A DNA stretch of 64,000 nt from Alphaproteobacteria bacterium (GCA_041687435.1 JAWLBX010000011.1:52918-116917), one strand, 5' to 3'; counted from the stretch's first letter, positions 9,795 to 19,165 are shown. Program-made: numbers and translations. The notes: generated by a model not told the origin, from the sequence alone.

Positions 9795-9839
9795 TGGGTT
9801 CCTGTTCCTTATGGTGTGCCCGGTCGCAAGGGGGCGGGC

Positions 9840-10727
9840 CTAGTGCCCGGCCCCGCGATGCTTCTGGATCCGGGCGCCATAGGCCTGGCTGACGCGGTCG
9901 AAGATGATCGCGATCGCAACAATGGCCAGGCCGTTGAGCAGTCCCATGGTGAAGTACTGGTTGGTAATGGCCTTCAGCACAGGCTGGCCAAGGCCCTTGA
10001 CCCCAATCATGGACGCGATCACGACCATGGCGAGCGCCATCATGATGGTTTGGTTGATGCCGGCCATAATGTTCGGCATTGCCAGCGGAATCTGAACGCC
10101 GAACAGGCGCTGCCGGAAGTTCGCGCCGAATGCATCGGCGGCTTCGAGCACGTCCTTGTCCACCAGCCGGATGCCCAGATTGGTCAGGCGGATGACCGGC
10201 GGGATCGCATAGATCACCACCGCAATCACGCCCGGAACCCGGCCGATGCCGAGCAGCATGACCACGGGGATCAGATAGACGAAGGGCGGCATGGTCTGCA
10301 TCACGTCCAGCACCGGCGTGATCGATGACTGCGCACGGTCATACCGCGCCATCATCACCCCAATGGGGATGCCGATGATGATCGACAGCACGGTGCAGAC
10401 AAGGATGATCGATATGGTGCTCATCGTGTCTTCCCACATGCCGAAGAGACCGATGAGCACAAAGGCGACGGCGACACCGACGACCATCCAAAGGCTGCGC
10501 GCCGCGCCATAAGCCAAGGCTGCGACGACAACGATAATCAGCCACCACGGCGAATTCAGGAGCAGTTGCTCAAACCAGATCATGAATTGCAGCAAAGGAT
10601 CGAAGAAATCCTCGATCGCGATACCATAGGAACGTGAAAATTCCCGGTATGCACCATCGATTCCGCGTCTGATTTCCAACAATGTTTCACGTGGAAGCGC
10701 GGGAAATTCTACGAGCCATTCGGCCAT
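9840..10727 (-). CDS. proW: glycine betaine/proline ABC transporter permease
   Basis: Multi-pass membrane protein with the ABC permease EAA-like loop (EAADAFGANFRQRLFGVQIP). ATG start verified. It lies immediately upstream of proV. Confidence 0.9.
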   Translation of the reverse strand: MAEWLVEFPALPRETLLEIRRGIDGAYREFSRSYGIAIEDFFDPLLQFMIWFEQLLLNSPWWLIIVVVAALAYGAARSLWMVVGVAVAFVLIGLFGMWEDTMSTISIILVCTVLSIIIGIPIGVMMARYDRAQSSITPVLDVMQTMPPFVYLIPVVMLLGIGRVPGVIAVVIYAIPPVIRLTNLGIRLVDKDVLEAADAFGANFRQRLFGVQIPLAMPNIMAGINQTIMMALAMVVIASMIGVKGLGQPVLKAITNQYFTMGLLNGLAIVAIAIIFDRVSQAYGARIQKHRGAGH

Positions 10728-10888
10728 CGGTCAGCCTCTCGGTGGTTGATTGATCTTTTTCTTAGGCACGGCCGCTCGCCGCGGCCGGCCGGGTGCCGTG
10801 AGCGGCAACAGCCGCCACCCATGTGCCGCCGCTTTTAGGTGGCACGGGGTGGCGGCAGAAGTCTCGATACTGGAAGGCATCGCCCGGG

Positions 10889-11890
10889 TTAGAGCGCGTC
10901 CTTCACGTTGGAAGCGACATCGGCGGGAACCCACTTGATCCACAGGTCCTCATACTTCTTGAGGAAGTAGCGGGCACCATCCTCGCCGGGATACTGGTTG
11001 TCGTCCATGTAGGCCAGAACCTCGTTCGCGATTGCGTTCGACCAGGCCCGGTTGCCCAGATACTCCATGGCTTCCGGCGCACGCTTCGCGAAATCGTCGG
11101 TCACGACAGTCACGACCTTGGCCTTCGGCCAGTCATTCGCCTTCGGCTCAAGGCAGCCTTGCACCAGTGTGCAATTGGTCCATTCTTCCGCATCGTGCTC
11201 AACCCCGAAGTCCAGCTTGTACATCGGATATTTGCCCAAAATGGCGGTCGGCGCCCAGTAGTAACCGACCCATGCCTCTTCCCGCTCATAGGCCTTGGCG
11301 ATGGAGCCCGCGAGACCCGCGCCGGAGCCTGGATCGACCAAATCGAACCCTTTTTCTTCGGCGTCATAAGCGCGGAACAGGTTTTCGGTAACGATCTGAC
11401 AATTCCAGCCTGCCGGGCAGCCATAAACGGCGCCCTTGTCCGACAATTCCGGATGCTTGAACAGATCGGGCCGCGCCAGGGCGTCCTCCACCGTCTCGAT
11501 GTCCGGATTGGCGTCCTTTACATACTGGGGAATCCACCAACCTTCCTGGCCGCCATCCGTCAGGATCTCGGCTGCATAGTGCAGGCGGCCTTCGGTGACG
11601 GCATCGTCGATCTGCTTTTTGACGCTGTTCGGCCAGATTTCAGGCGCGATATCCGGCTCGCCCTTTTCGACCATGGAAGTGGAGGTCGGCATCGTGTCGC
11701 CGGGGATCAACTCTACCGAGCAGCCATATCCCTCTTCCAGGATGATCTTGTCGACATAGGCGGCGAATTCGGCCGAAGCCCAGTTCATGTCGGCGATCGT
11801 GACACGGCCGCAATCCGCGGCTGCTGCCGGCTGCGTTCCGGCCAGCGCCAGAAGCGCGGCGCCTGCCATGGCAGTTATTGAATATCGCAT
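10889..11890 (-). CDS. proX: glycine betaine / choline substrate-binding protein (OpuAC/ProX family)
   Basis: Internal ATG start (MRYSITAMAGAALLALAGTQPAAAADCG). The signal peptide is followed by a mature domain with WxPxxW-type aromatic-box residues. The track ORF is extended upstream by read-through. Confidence 0.85.
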   Translation of the reverse strand: MRYSITAMAGAALLALAGTQPAAAADCGRVTIADMNWASAEFAAYVDKIILEEGYGCSVELIPGDTMPTSTSMVEKGEPDIAPEIWPNSVKKQIDDAVTEGRLHYAAEILTDGGQEGWWIPQYVKDANPDIETVEDALARPDLFKHPELSDKGAVYGCPAGWNCQIVTENLFRAYDAEEKGFDLVDPGSGAGLAGSIAKAYEREEAWVGYYWAPTAILGKYPMYKLDFGVEHDAEEWTNCTLVQGCLEPKANDWPKAKVVTVVTDDFAKRAPEAMEYLGNRAWSNAIANEVLAYMDDNQYPGEDGARYFLKKYEDLWIKWVPADVASNVKDAL

Positions 11891-12186
11891 CAGGATAACT
11901 CTCCCTACTCTCTGCTTTTGGTCCCAGTCTGTATGCGCGTGGAACAAATCCCAAACCCACTCCGCAAAGCGCAGCGCCAAGACAAATAACCTGCGAGGAT
12001 TATTTTGATCGAGTTCACTGCGCTCCATTACAACCCCGACCTTCGAATGAAGCATACCGGATTGGCGAGTGGAACCGCGTATCAGGACCGATCCAAAAAC
12101 AATACTCTGACAGACTGCAAAAGTCGACCCCTTGCAGCCGGAAGGGATATCCGGCGATGTCAAGCGGGAAAATCGGGGCCCTGTAA

Positions 12187-12211
12187 GGCGAGGCCGGCGC
12201 GGGGCCAGCCG
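12187..12211 (-). terminator. GC-rich hairpin just downstream of the phhB stop
   Basis: aggccggc(gcggggcca)gccggcct is an 8-bp stem placed directly after the minus-strand stop of 12215..12514. No strong U-tract follows. Confidence 0.35.
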
Positions 12212-12214
12212 GCC

Positions 12215-12514
12215 TTACATGCGTCCCGCAGCAGCCCGGTCGATGGCCTTGGCCAGGCGAATGTCGCGATCGGTCACGCCACCCGCGTCATGACTGGCCA
12301 GCGTGATATCCACCTGCGCATAGACATTGAACCATTCGGGATGGTGATCCATCTTCTCTGCCATCAGTGCGACCTCCGTCATGAAGGCAAATGCCGTGCG
12401 GAAATCGGCAAAGCGGAACGACCGGAAAATCGCATCCCGCCCTTCCACCTCGCGCCAGTCGGGCAGGCTTTCCAGCGCTTCGTGCCGGGCGTCGCCGGTC
12501 AGTGGTGTAGGCAT
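12215..12514 (-). CDS. phhB: pterin-4a-carbinolamine dehydratase
   Basis: About 100 aa starting at the internal ATG ([14 protein letters not shown]). [44 protein letters not shown] matches the PCD/DCoH family. Confidence 0.8.
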   Translation of the reverse strand: MPTPLTGDARHEALESLPDWREVEGRDAIFRSFRFADFRTAFAFMTEVALMAEKMDHHPEWFNVYAQVDITLASHDAGGVTDRDIRLAKAIDRAAAGRM

Positions 12515-12554
12515 GACGATTGAACCTCCTGTAGCCGGATAGGATACCCCGGAC

Positions 12555-12977
12555 ATGGCCGAAATCTTGCCACCGACCCTGGACGACCTGCAAGTGCTGG
12601 CCGACCGCGCCTTCGCCAGTATCCCGGCGGAACTGGCGCGGCATGTACAGGGCGTCGCCATTCTGATCGAGGATTTCCCGGATGCGGAAGTCGAACGCAG
12701 CATGGAACTGGATTTCCCGTTCGACCTGCTGGGCCTCTATCACGGCGTTTCCCTGGCGGAGAAAAGCTTCGGCGACGCACCGAACGATCTGGACCGTATC
12801 TTCCTCTACCGCCGCCCGATCCTCGACTATTGGTGCGATACCGGAGAGGATCTGGCCCATGTGGTGCGCCACGTTCTGATCCACGAGATCGGCCACCATT
12901 TCGGCCTGTCCGATGCAGACATGGAGGCGTTGGAGGCGTTGGCCACCGACGACGATACAGACCCTCCCGCGCCCTGA
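12555..12977 (+). CDS. small zincin-like metallopeptidase-family protein (HExxH)
   Basis: 140-aa cytoplasmic protein with [14 protein letters not shown], an HExxH motif on a predicted helix as in the 'possible zinc metallopeptidase' (Zincin_1-like) family. ATG verified. Confidence 0.65.
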   Translation: MAEILPPTLDDLQVLADRAFASIPAELARHVQGVAILIEDFPDAEVERSMELDFPFDLLGLYHGVSLAEKSFGDAPNDLDRIFLYRRPILDYWCDTGEDLAHVVRHVLIHEIGHHFGLSDADMEALEALATDDDTDPPAP

Positions 12978-13018
12978 CCCCACGCCCTGGCCGGATCGCC
13001 GCAGCGGCCAGCAGATCG

Positions 13019-13035
13019 GTTAACCGGCGGTTAAC
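13019..13035. promoter_or_regulatory. perfect 17-bp palindrome GTTAACCG-G-CGGTTAAC between the zincin gene and the WD40-caspase gene
   Basis: Two 8-nt arms that are exact reverse complements around a 1-nt spacer. It is AT-containing with no U-tract, so it looks more like a dimeric-regulator operator than a terminator. It sits 42 nt after the upstream stop and 62 nt before the ATG at 13098. Confidence 0.3.
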
Positions 13036-13097
13036 CATGCGTTGTCAGGCTAGCCTTTACGATTTGGTAATGGTTCAGCACTGCGGGAGCATAGCGC

Positions 13098-16000
13098 ATG
13101 CGCATCTGGCGCGGCGTATGGCGTACGGCGATGGCGATCTGCGCCGCCTGGCCGATGCCAGGGTCGGGCGCCGACCCATCCGTCACCGCTTATCACAGCC
13201 ACCTGCGGCCGGTGCAGGCTGTGGCCAGCCTGGCCGCGGACGGGGTAATCGCCACCGGCGACAGCGGCGGCGTCGTCTATCTCTGGCGGCTGTCGCAGGC
13301 AGAGACTGCCCTGGGTGCAGAGTTGCGACAGGACGGGCCGAGTATCGGCATCCCGCCAGCCGAGCGCCTGCCCGGTCCCGTCGCGGGGCTTGCCTTTGGC
13401 GATGCGCGCTGCGACGGCCCCGACAACCCGCCGGTATCCGGCTGCGGCCTGTTCATCGCCGGCCAGGGCAGCGCCGGTTTCAGCTATCTGCATCTGTATG
13501 ACTGGCGCCGCCAACGCCTGCTCGCGTCGGCAGAGGTGCTGCGCGGCAGCATCACCCATGTCGCGGCCGCGCCCGGAGGTGCGGAGGTCACAGCCTGCAC
13601 CATGCGCGTCGGCATTCAGCATTTCCGGCCCGATCTCCACCGGCAGACGCTTGAGCGCACGGGCGAACGGGCGGAGCCGCCCGCCGCAAGCCTGGGCTGT
13701 GAATGGGCCGGCTATGATGCCCGCGGCAACCTGCACTTTGCCAGCGGTGACCGGCTCGCAACCGTGCTGCCGCCGCCAGCGGGGCCGCGGCTGGTGGATG
13801 AGGCGCCGCGCAACGCCCTGGCCCTCAACCCGAACACGGGCGCCGCGCTTGCCGCCGCCATCGCACGGCCCGATCACGTCGCGCTCTACCCGGCCATGCC
13901 CGGCCCCGACGCCGGGTCGGCGCCCGCCAGAATCCCAACCGGCTCGCGCCATGGCGATACCGGAGTGGAGGCGCTGGCCTGGCGCGATGGCGGCGATGAC
14001 AGAGGCGGCTATCTGTTAACCATCGGGCCGTACGAGGCCGGCGCAGCCACTGAAACGGTGACGCACCAGATCGAGCGCTGGCGCCTGCCCGACGCAGCGG
14101 AGGCGGACAGCCCAGACCAGCCGCTTCGCCCGCACCAAAGCAATTTCAACGAACTGGTCGCGCTGCAGGGCAAGGCCACGGCACTGATGCCGCTCACCGC
14201 ATCATGGATCAGCCCGGGCGACCCCGACCGTTACCGCTATGTCGCTGCGTTGGACGAGGCGCGGCGGCTGGTTCTCGTTGCCGGGCGCAGCGGCTACACC
14301 AAAACCGCCAGCGGCCAGCGCACCGCCGATCCCTTTTTTGCTCTGGAGGCTCGGCCTTATGCGCGCGCGGAACTGCAAATCGGCAGCGCGGGTGAGGCGG
14401 CCTGTCTCTGGCCTGGCGGCAAGGCCGCGTCTGTGACCTTCCGTCCGCCCGGTTCCGCGGGCGCTGACTGCCGGGCATTACCCGCGCCGGCTGCCGAACC
14501 GGCCGCACCGCCGCAACACCGGCCGGATGGGTCGGTGGTGATCCCGCCGGCGCTCCAACCCTTGAATTTTCCGGGTGACCGCCTTCGCGCCTATACCCTC
14601 AGCGCCGATGGCCGCGCAATGTTTGCGGCGGTCGCCGTAGCGCGCGCAGAGGACACAGCACCGGTTGAATTGCGCCGTTATGCGCTGCGTGCGGACCGCT
14701 GGGCCGCCAGGGGTGAACCGGTGCCAGCCGCGGCGGACGTTGTCGCCCTGACCCTGACGGATACGGCCACCCTCGGCATCGCCCTGCGCGAGCCGGCAGG
14801 CGGCGGCACCTACCGGGTAGAGTCCCGCACCATCGACCCGACAGATGCCGCGCCCGCGCTGGTGGTTCATGCCTTCGTCCCATCGCCAACGGAAGATACC
14901 GCCTTCACCCTCTGCTTCGACACGCGCGACCCGGCCCAACCGCTGGCGCTTTATCAAAAGGATGGGCCGCGCATTCGCCTGGGGCCGCCACGGCCGTCAC
15001 CGGACGGCGGCAGAGCGGTAGCGGACGATAACGGCCTCCTGGCATTGGTACTGGAATCGGTGGCGGATCCGGCCTGCGCCGAAGCGCCGATGCAACCGGG
15101 AATGCAGCGCTTCCGCATGACCGTCCGTCTGCCCTTCGCACCGGATGGCGCCTTCGACCTGGTGCCGGAGGGCGGGAGGCCCGAATATTACATTATCAAC
15201 TTCAGCCGGCCGAAACTTTACATCCTCGCCGTCGGCATAGACGACTATTACGACGACCGTTGGCGCCTGGACTACGCCGTCAAGGACGCTCAGGCATTTT
15301 CAACACTGGTTGGCAGTACGCAATCGCAACTGTATTCCGAAATCGAAACCGTTTTGATCCGCAACGGGGAAGCCAATCGCAAAAACATCCTGATCGAGCT
15401 TGCGAAATTGCAACGCAAGGCAACGCCGAAAGATTGGGTGATGATCTTTTTCGCCGGACACGCCAAATCCGACTGGGTCTACGATTATTACTTTTTGCCC
15501 TGGGATTACGATCACACCTATCCCCACTCAACCCAGATTTCGGAGCACGACCTGGCGGCGCATTTGCGCGGCATCCGGGGGAAGAAAGTGCTGATCCTCG
15601 ACACATGCTACGCAGGAAACCTTGCCAATGCCCGTATCCGCAGTGTCGGCGATGATGCTGCACCGCGGCGGCTACCCCTGGCTGACGTGCGCGCATACGC
15701 CGAACGGCTCATTCGGATCGACGAAGGGCTGATCCTGCTGGCGGCATCGTCGCTCGATCAGACCGCGCGGGAGTCAGACAGTCTCGGCCATGGCGTGTTC
15801 ACCAGTACGCTGCTGGACGCCCTGCGGTCGCCCGAACGCTTCGCAAACCGCCGGTACCCGGGAGCGCTGAGCGTCAACGACATCCGCAACTGGATCGAGG
15901 AAGAGGTGGTGAGCCGCTCTCGCGACCGGCAACGGCCGGTAATTGCCGGCAGGGCGGACCTGCTGCGCGCGCCATTCTGGCAGGTCGCGCCACAGACCTA

Positions 16001-16103
16001 CAATGGCCCGCCACAGGCCAGCAACCGCACACGCGGCGCCAGCAGGGTGCAGGCCGTCGGGCCGGTCCTTTGGCAGGCAGAGGCCGCGGCTTCTACCCCT
16101 TGA
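13098..16103 (+). CDS. multidomain protein with an N-terminal WD40-like repeat region and a C-terminal caspase (peptidase C14) domain
   Basis: ATG with a GGGAG RBS. The N-terminal 300 aa carry WD40-like repeats (VASLAADGVIATGDSGGVVYLWRL; FSYLHLYDW; LAWRDGGDDRGGYLLTIGPYE). The C-terminal domain, from nt 15200, has the caspase fold signature KLYILAVGIDDY...DAQAF...DWVMIFFAGHA...KKVLILDTCYAGN, with the catalytic His in FAGHA and Cys in DTCYAG. Confidence 0.8.
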   Translation: MRIWRGVWRTAMAICAAWPMPGSGADPSVTAYHSHLRPVQAVASLAADGVIATGDSGGVVYLWRLSQAETALGAELRQDGPSIGIPPAERLPGPVAGLAFGDARCDGPDNPPVSGCGLFIAGQGSAGFSYLHLYDWRRQRLLASAEVLRGSITHVAAAPGGAEVTACTMRVGIQHFRPDLHRQTLERTGERAEPPAASLGCEWAGYDARGNLHFASGDRLATVLPPPAGPRLVDEAPRNALALNPNTGAALAAAIARPDHVALYPAMPGPDAGSAPARIPTGSRHGDTGVEALAWRDGGDDRGGYLLTIGPYEAGAATETVTHQIERWRLPDAAEADSPDQPLRPHQSNFNELVALQGKATALMPLTASWISPGDPDRYRYVAALDEARRLVLVAGRSGYTKTASGQRTADPFFALEARPYARAELQIGSAGEAACLWPGGKAASVTFRPPGSAGADCRALPAPAAEPAAPPQHRPDGSVVIPPALQPLNFPGDRLRAYTLSADGRAMFAAVAVARAEDTAPVELRRYALRADRWAARGEPVPAAADVVALTLTDTATLGIALREPAGGGTYRVESRTIDPTDAAPALVVHAFVPSPTEDTAFTLCFDTRDPAQPLALYQKDGPRIRLGPPRPSPDGGRAVADDNGLLALVLESVADPACAEAPMQPGMQRFRMTVRLPFAPDGAFDLVPEGGRPEYYIINFSRPKLYILAVGIDDYYDDRWRLDYAVKDAQAFSTLVGSTQSQLYSEIETVLIRNGEANRKNILIELAKLQRKATPKDWVMIFFAGHAKSDWVYDYYFLPWDYDHTYPHSTQISEHDLAAHLRGIRGKKVLILDTCYAGNLANARIRSVGDDAAPRRLPLADVRAYAERLIRIDEGLILLAASSLDQTARESDSLGHGVFTSTLLDALRSPERFANRRYPGALSVNDIRNWIEEEVVSRSRDRQRPVIAGRADLLRAPFWQVAPQTYNGPPQASNRTRGASRVQAVGPVLWQAEAAASTP

Positions 16104-17526
16104 AGCCGCGCAGCAGGTAGAGGTAATAGGTCTCCGGTCCGCGGGTGGGGCGGACGCGCTGGACCGGCGGCAGGGGCTCTACAGCCGCAAACCGGTCCGC
16201 CAGATGCGCTGGCGAGGCATTGCGGGTGATATACAGCAGCGGGCGGCCGCCGATCGCCGATGCATCGCTGACCAGTTCGTAATGGTCCCGCGCATGGGCG
16301 GCGGTGCGCAACTTGACCCATTCCGGCGGCTGGGGCGGCACATAGAACAACATCTCGGCGATCACGGCCCGGTCGTCGGCGATCAGCAGCGCATCCGGTA
16401 TTTCGGACAAGCGTTCACCTACCGCGGTGCCCACCTCCTGCCAGCCGCGCAGCCGGTGCCAGGGGTCGATCCCGAACGCCGGCGCGACGCTGCTGCCATG
16501 CATGATGGCGGCGGCAGCGGCCAAGTGCAGGGCAAACGACCAGCCGAGCCAGCGCGCCCGGCCCTGCCGCAGCAGAAAGCCGACCACCAGCACCGTCGCG
16601 CTGATATAGGCGACCGCGGCCCAGTTGGCATGGGCGCGGGAAACCAAAGCCTGAACCAGCATCAGCAACAGCACGGGCGCGGCAAAGGCGGCCAGCACAC
16701 GCTCACCCGGCTGCAGCCGGCGCCAGCAGATCAGGGCCCAGACAAATCCCGCCAGCAGGATCGGCCCCATCACGCCGAACTGAGCGCCGGCAAACTCCGC
16801 CAGCTTGTGCGGCTTTAGGGTCAAGCCGTTCCAGTTGGCATTGTCGGCGGTGTGACTGAAGCTGGCAAGCTCGTGAGTCCAGTTCCACCAGACATTCGGC
16901 AGGAACAGCAGCAAACCCAGCCCAATGCCGAGCCAAAAGCCCGGCCGGCGCAACACGGCCCGCGTCTGCGGCACCAGCAGGAAAGCGGCCGGCAGGCAGA
17001 GCAGCATATAGACCATGGCATACTTGCTCATAAGCCCCGCGCCAAAGGCCAGACCGAACCCGATCCACCAAAGGCCGCCATGCTGCCAGTAGCGCAGCCA
17101 GCAGAGCAGCGCCGCAGCCCAGCACAGCAGCAGCGGCACATCGGTGGAGGCGATCTGTGCCGACAGGCTGATCCCCGGCAGTGTGGCGAGGGTAATGGCC
17201 GTCCATGCCGCCGTGCGCCGGTCGTAAAGCGTAGCGGCGATGGCGCCGCCCAGCGCCGCGGTCAGCGCGTAACAGAGCGGTGAGACCAAGCGCACGCCGA
17301 ACTCCGTATCCCCGGCAAGGCCAGTGGTCAGTGCAATCAGCCAGGCGGTCACCGGCGGCTTGGAGTAATAGCCAAAGGCGGGATTTTTCGCCCAGAACCA
17401 ATATTGCGCCTCGTCAAAGAACAGGTCGAGGCCGCTCACCGCCAACGCGCCGACACGCCAGGCGGTCAAGGCCAGGACGAAGGCGGCGGCGATGGTCAGT
17501 GGGTAGCGGTGCCAGATTGCAAGCAT
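16093..17526 (-). CDS. glycosyltransferase family 39 (ArnT/PMT-like) membrane protein
   Basis: 477 aa with multiple transmembrane segments. The N-terminal DEAQY and the YYSKPP loop motif are characteristic of ArnT/PMT_2 glycosyltransferases. ATG verified. Its 3' end overlaps the convergent caspase gene by 11 nt. Confidence 0.75.
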   Translation of the reverse strand: MLAIWHRYPLTIAAAFVLALTAWRVGALAVSGLDLFFDEAQYWFWAKNPAFGYYSKPPVTAWLIALTTGLAGDTEFGVRLVSPLCYALTAALGGAIAATLYDRRTAAWTAITLATLPGISLSAQIASTDVPLLLCWAAALLCWLRYWQHGGLWWIGFGLAFGAGLMSKYAMVYMLLCLPAAFLLVPQTRAVLRRPGFWLGIGLGLLLFLPNVWWNWTHELASFSHTADNANWNGLTLKPHKLAEFAGAQFGVMGPILLAGFVWALICWRRLQPGERVLAAFAAPVLLLMLVQALVSRAHANWAAVAYISATVLVVGFLLRQGRARWLGWSFALHLAAAAAIMHGSSVAPAFGIDPWHRLRGWQEVGTAVGERLSEIPDALLIADDRAVIAEMLFYVPPQPPEWVKLRTAAHARDHYELVSDASAIGGRPLLYITRNASPAHLADRFAAVEPLPPVQRVRPTRGPETYYLYLLRGFKG

Positions 17527-17533
17527 GAGGCTG

Positions 17534-18292
17534 TCAGGCGTCCGGTTCCGGTGCGTTCAACAGCCCGGCGCCCCAAACACGGCCGGGCCCGGCCTGCTGC
17601 ACGATTACGGCGACGCCCCAATTTGCCGGCTCGCCGGGCATGACCTGCACTTCCATCGACTGCGCCCGCCCATCGTAACGGCCGATGGTTTGCCGTTCAC
17701 GCACGATCTGATGGTAGGCAAGGCGTTTGCCGCCGTTTTCGCCGCGCAAAATCTCCGTTTCACGCCGCCTGTCGAAACGGGCGAGCCAGATGTCGGCGCC
17801 CGCGGCCTCCGCCGCGGCGGGCAAGGCAATACGCACGCGGTCCGGCGCGGCCCAGGCCAACAGCGGAGTCGCCGGCCGCGGTAGCCGCGCCGCCCTGGCA
17901 ATGGCGAAGCGCACCCCGCGTTCGTTCGAGTCGATCTCGTGCGTTTGCCCGTCAATCACCATTTGCGGGGTATAAACCCGGCCCTCGCTCACCGTCTCGC
18001 CATAGCGGCGCTGGCGTTGGGTGCCCCATTCAGTTGCAAACGGGTCTGGCCAGCCAAGCCGGTCCCAGTAATTGACGTGAAAGGCAAGGGCGACAACCTC
18101 ACCTTTCGCCGCCAACCGGCCCAACGCCCGGTCGGCCGGCGGGCAGGAATAGCACCCCTGGGACGTGAACAATTCCACCAGCACCGGTTGGCTGCGGCCA
18201 TCGCTACGCACCGGCGCATAGAAAAAGATGGCCACGGCCAGGCAGGTCGCCGCCGCCGCTACCGCCAGAATGGGAGAAGTCAAAACTCGCAT
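17534..18292 (-). CDS. DUF1223-family thioredoxin-like secreted protein
   Basis: Start at the internal ATG (MRVLTSPILAVAAAATCLAVA, a signal peptide). A CxxC motif (FTSQGCYSCPPAD) follows in a thioredoxin-like context. Confidence 0.55.
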   Translation of the reverse strand: MRVLTSPILAVAAAATCLAVAIFFYAPVRSDGRSQPVLVELFTSQGCYSCPPADRALGRLAAKGEVVALAFHVNYWDRLGWPDPFATEWGTQRQRRYGETVSEGRVYTPQMVIDGQTHEIDSNERGVRFAIARAARLPRPATPLLAWAAPDRVRIALPAAAEAAGADIWLARFDRRRETEILRGENGGKRLAYHQIVRERQTIGRYDGRAQSMEVQVMPGEPANWGVAVIVQQAGPGRVWGAGLLNAPEPDA

Positions 18293-18361
18293 GCGGGCTA
18301 GGTACGGCTGCGCCGGCAGGAACACAAGCGGCATCCATCACAGTTCGCCGCTGTTGGCCGG

Positions 18362-19165
18362 TCACTCGCCAGAAGCGGGTGGCGGAATCCGAAAAATCTG
18401 GCCGGGAAAGATCAGATCCGGATTGTCGATCTGGCTGCGATTCGCCTCGACGATCATGACGTATTGGAGGCCATCCCCATAGAACCGTTCCGCCAGCCGC
18501 CAGAGATTGTTGCCGGGCTGCACCACGAAACGGTCCGGCAACGGCAGATCGCCGGTATTATCCGCCTTGGCGAAGGGCAGGCTGACCGTCGCGGCCATTC
18601 CGCCCGTGCCACCGAACTCCTCCGCCTGCAGGCGATACTGTCCGGCGGGCACCGGCCGGTCCGGCTGCAGACGCCAACGGCCCTCCGCATCGGCCTCGGC
18701 CTCGCCGACGATCTGGCCGTTCAGGCTGACACGGACCGTATTGCCTGGCGATGCCGAACCCGTCAGCGTCACCTCGCCCGCATCGTCATAGCCCACCTGC
18801 GCAACAGAAAGACTGCCCGACTGGGGCCGGTTGGGGTCGGGCTCGGCCGCCACGGCGCGGATGGTCTCGGAAATGGTTTCGGTAACCGCACCCGCCGGAA
18901 CTTTCGCCGGCCCGGCGCCGGCCTCCGGTCCTGGCCCCACCGGCACGGTCCAGCGTGCCGTGGCACCCGCTGCCGCAGGGGCGTTCCTACGCTCTGCCGG
19001 CGCGCCGACAGTCGGCAAGGGCAGATCAACCGGTGGCGCAGCCGGCTGGATCACGGCCCGGCCTGCCGGCGTGCGTTCCGGCTGCCAGCCGGGATGCCAT
19101 TGATGGATCGCCGCAGCGGCAGCGATAACCGTTGCGCCCAGAACGCAAACCGCGACAACTACCCG
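18362..19165 (-). CDS. LysM-domain peptidoglycan-binding membrane protein with an Ig-like domain
   Basis: The C-terminal LysM (VVQPGNNLWRLAERFYGDGLQYVMIVEANRSQIDNPDLIFPGQIFRIP) is preceded by a signal-anchor (LRVVVAVCVLGATVIAAAAA). The true start is uncertain and is probably a TTG near 19165, because the track ORF would overlap the divergent LOG gene. Confidence 0.55.
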   Translation of the reverse strand, partial: RVVVAVCVLGATVIAAAAAIHQWHPGWQPERTPAGRAVIQPAAPPVDLPLPTVGAPAERRNAPAAAGATARWTVPVGPGPEAGAGPAKVPAGAVTETISETIRAVAAEPDPNRPQSGSLSVAQVGYDDAGEVTLTGSASPGNTVRVSLNGQIVGEAEADAEGRWRLQPDRPVPAGQYRLQAEEFGGTGGMAATVSLPFAKADNTGDLPLPDRFVVQPGNNLWRLAERFYGDGLQYVMIVEANRSQIDNPDLIFPGQIFRIPPPASGE

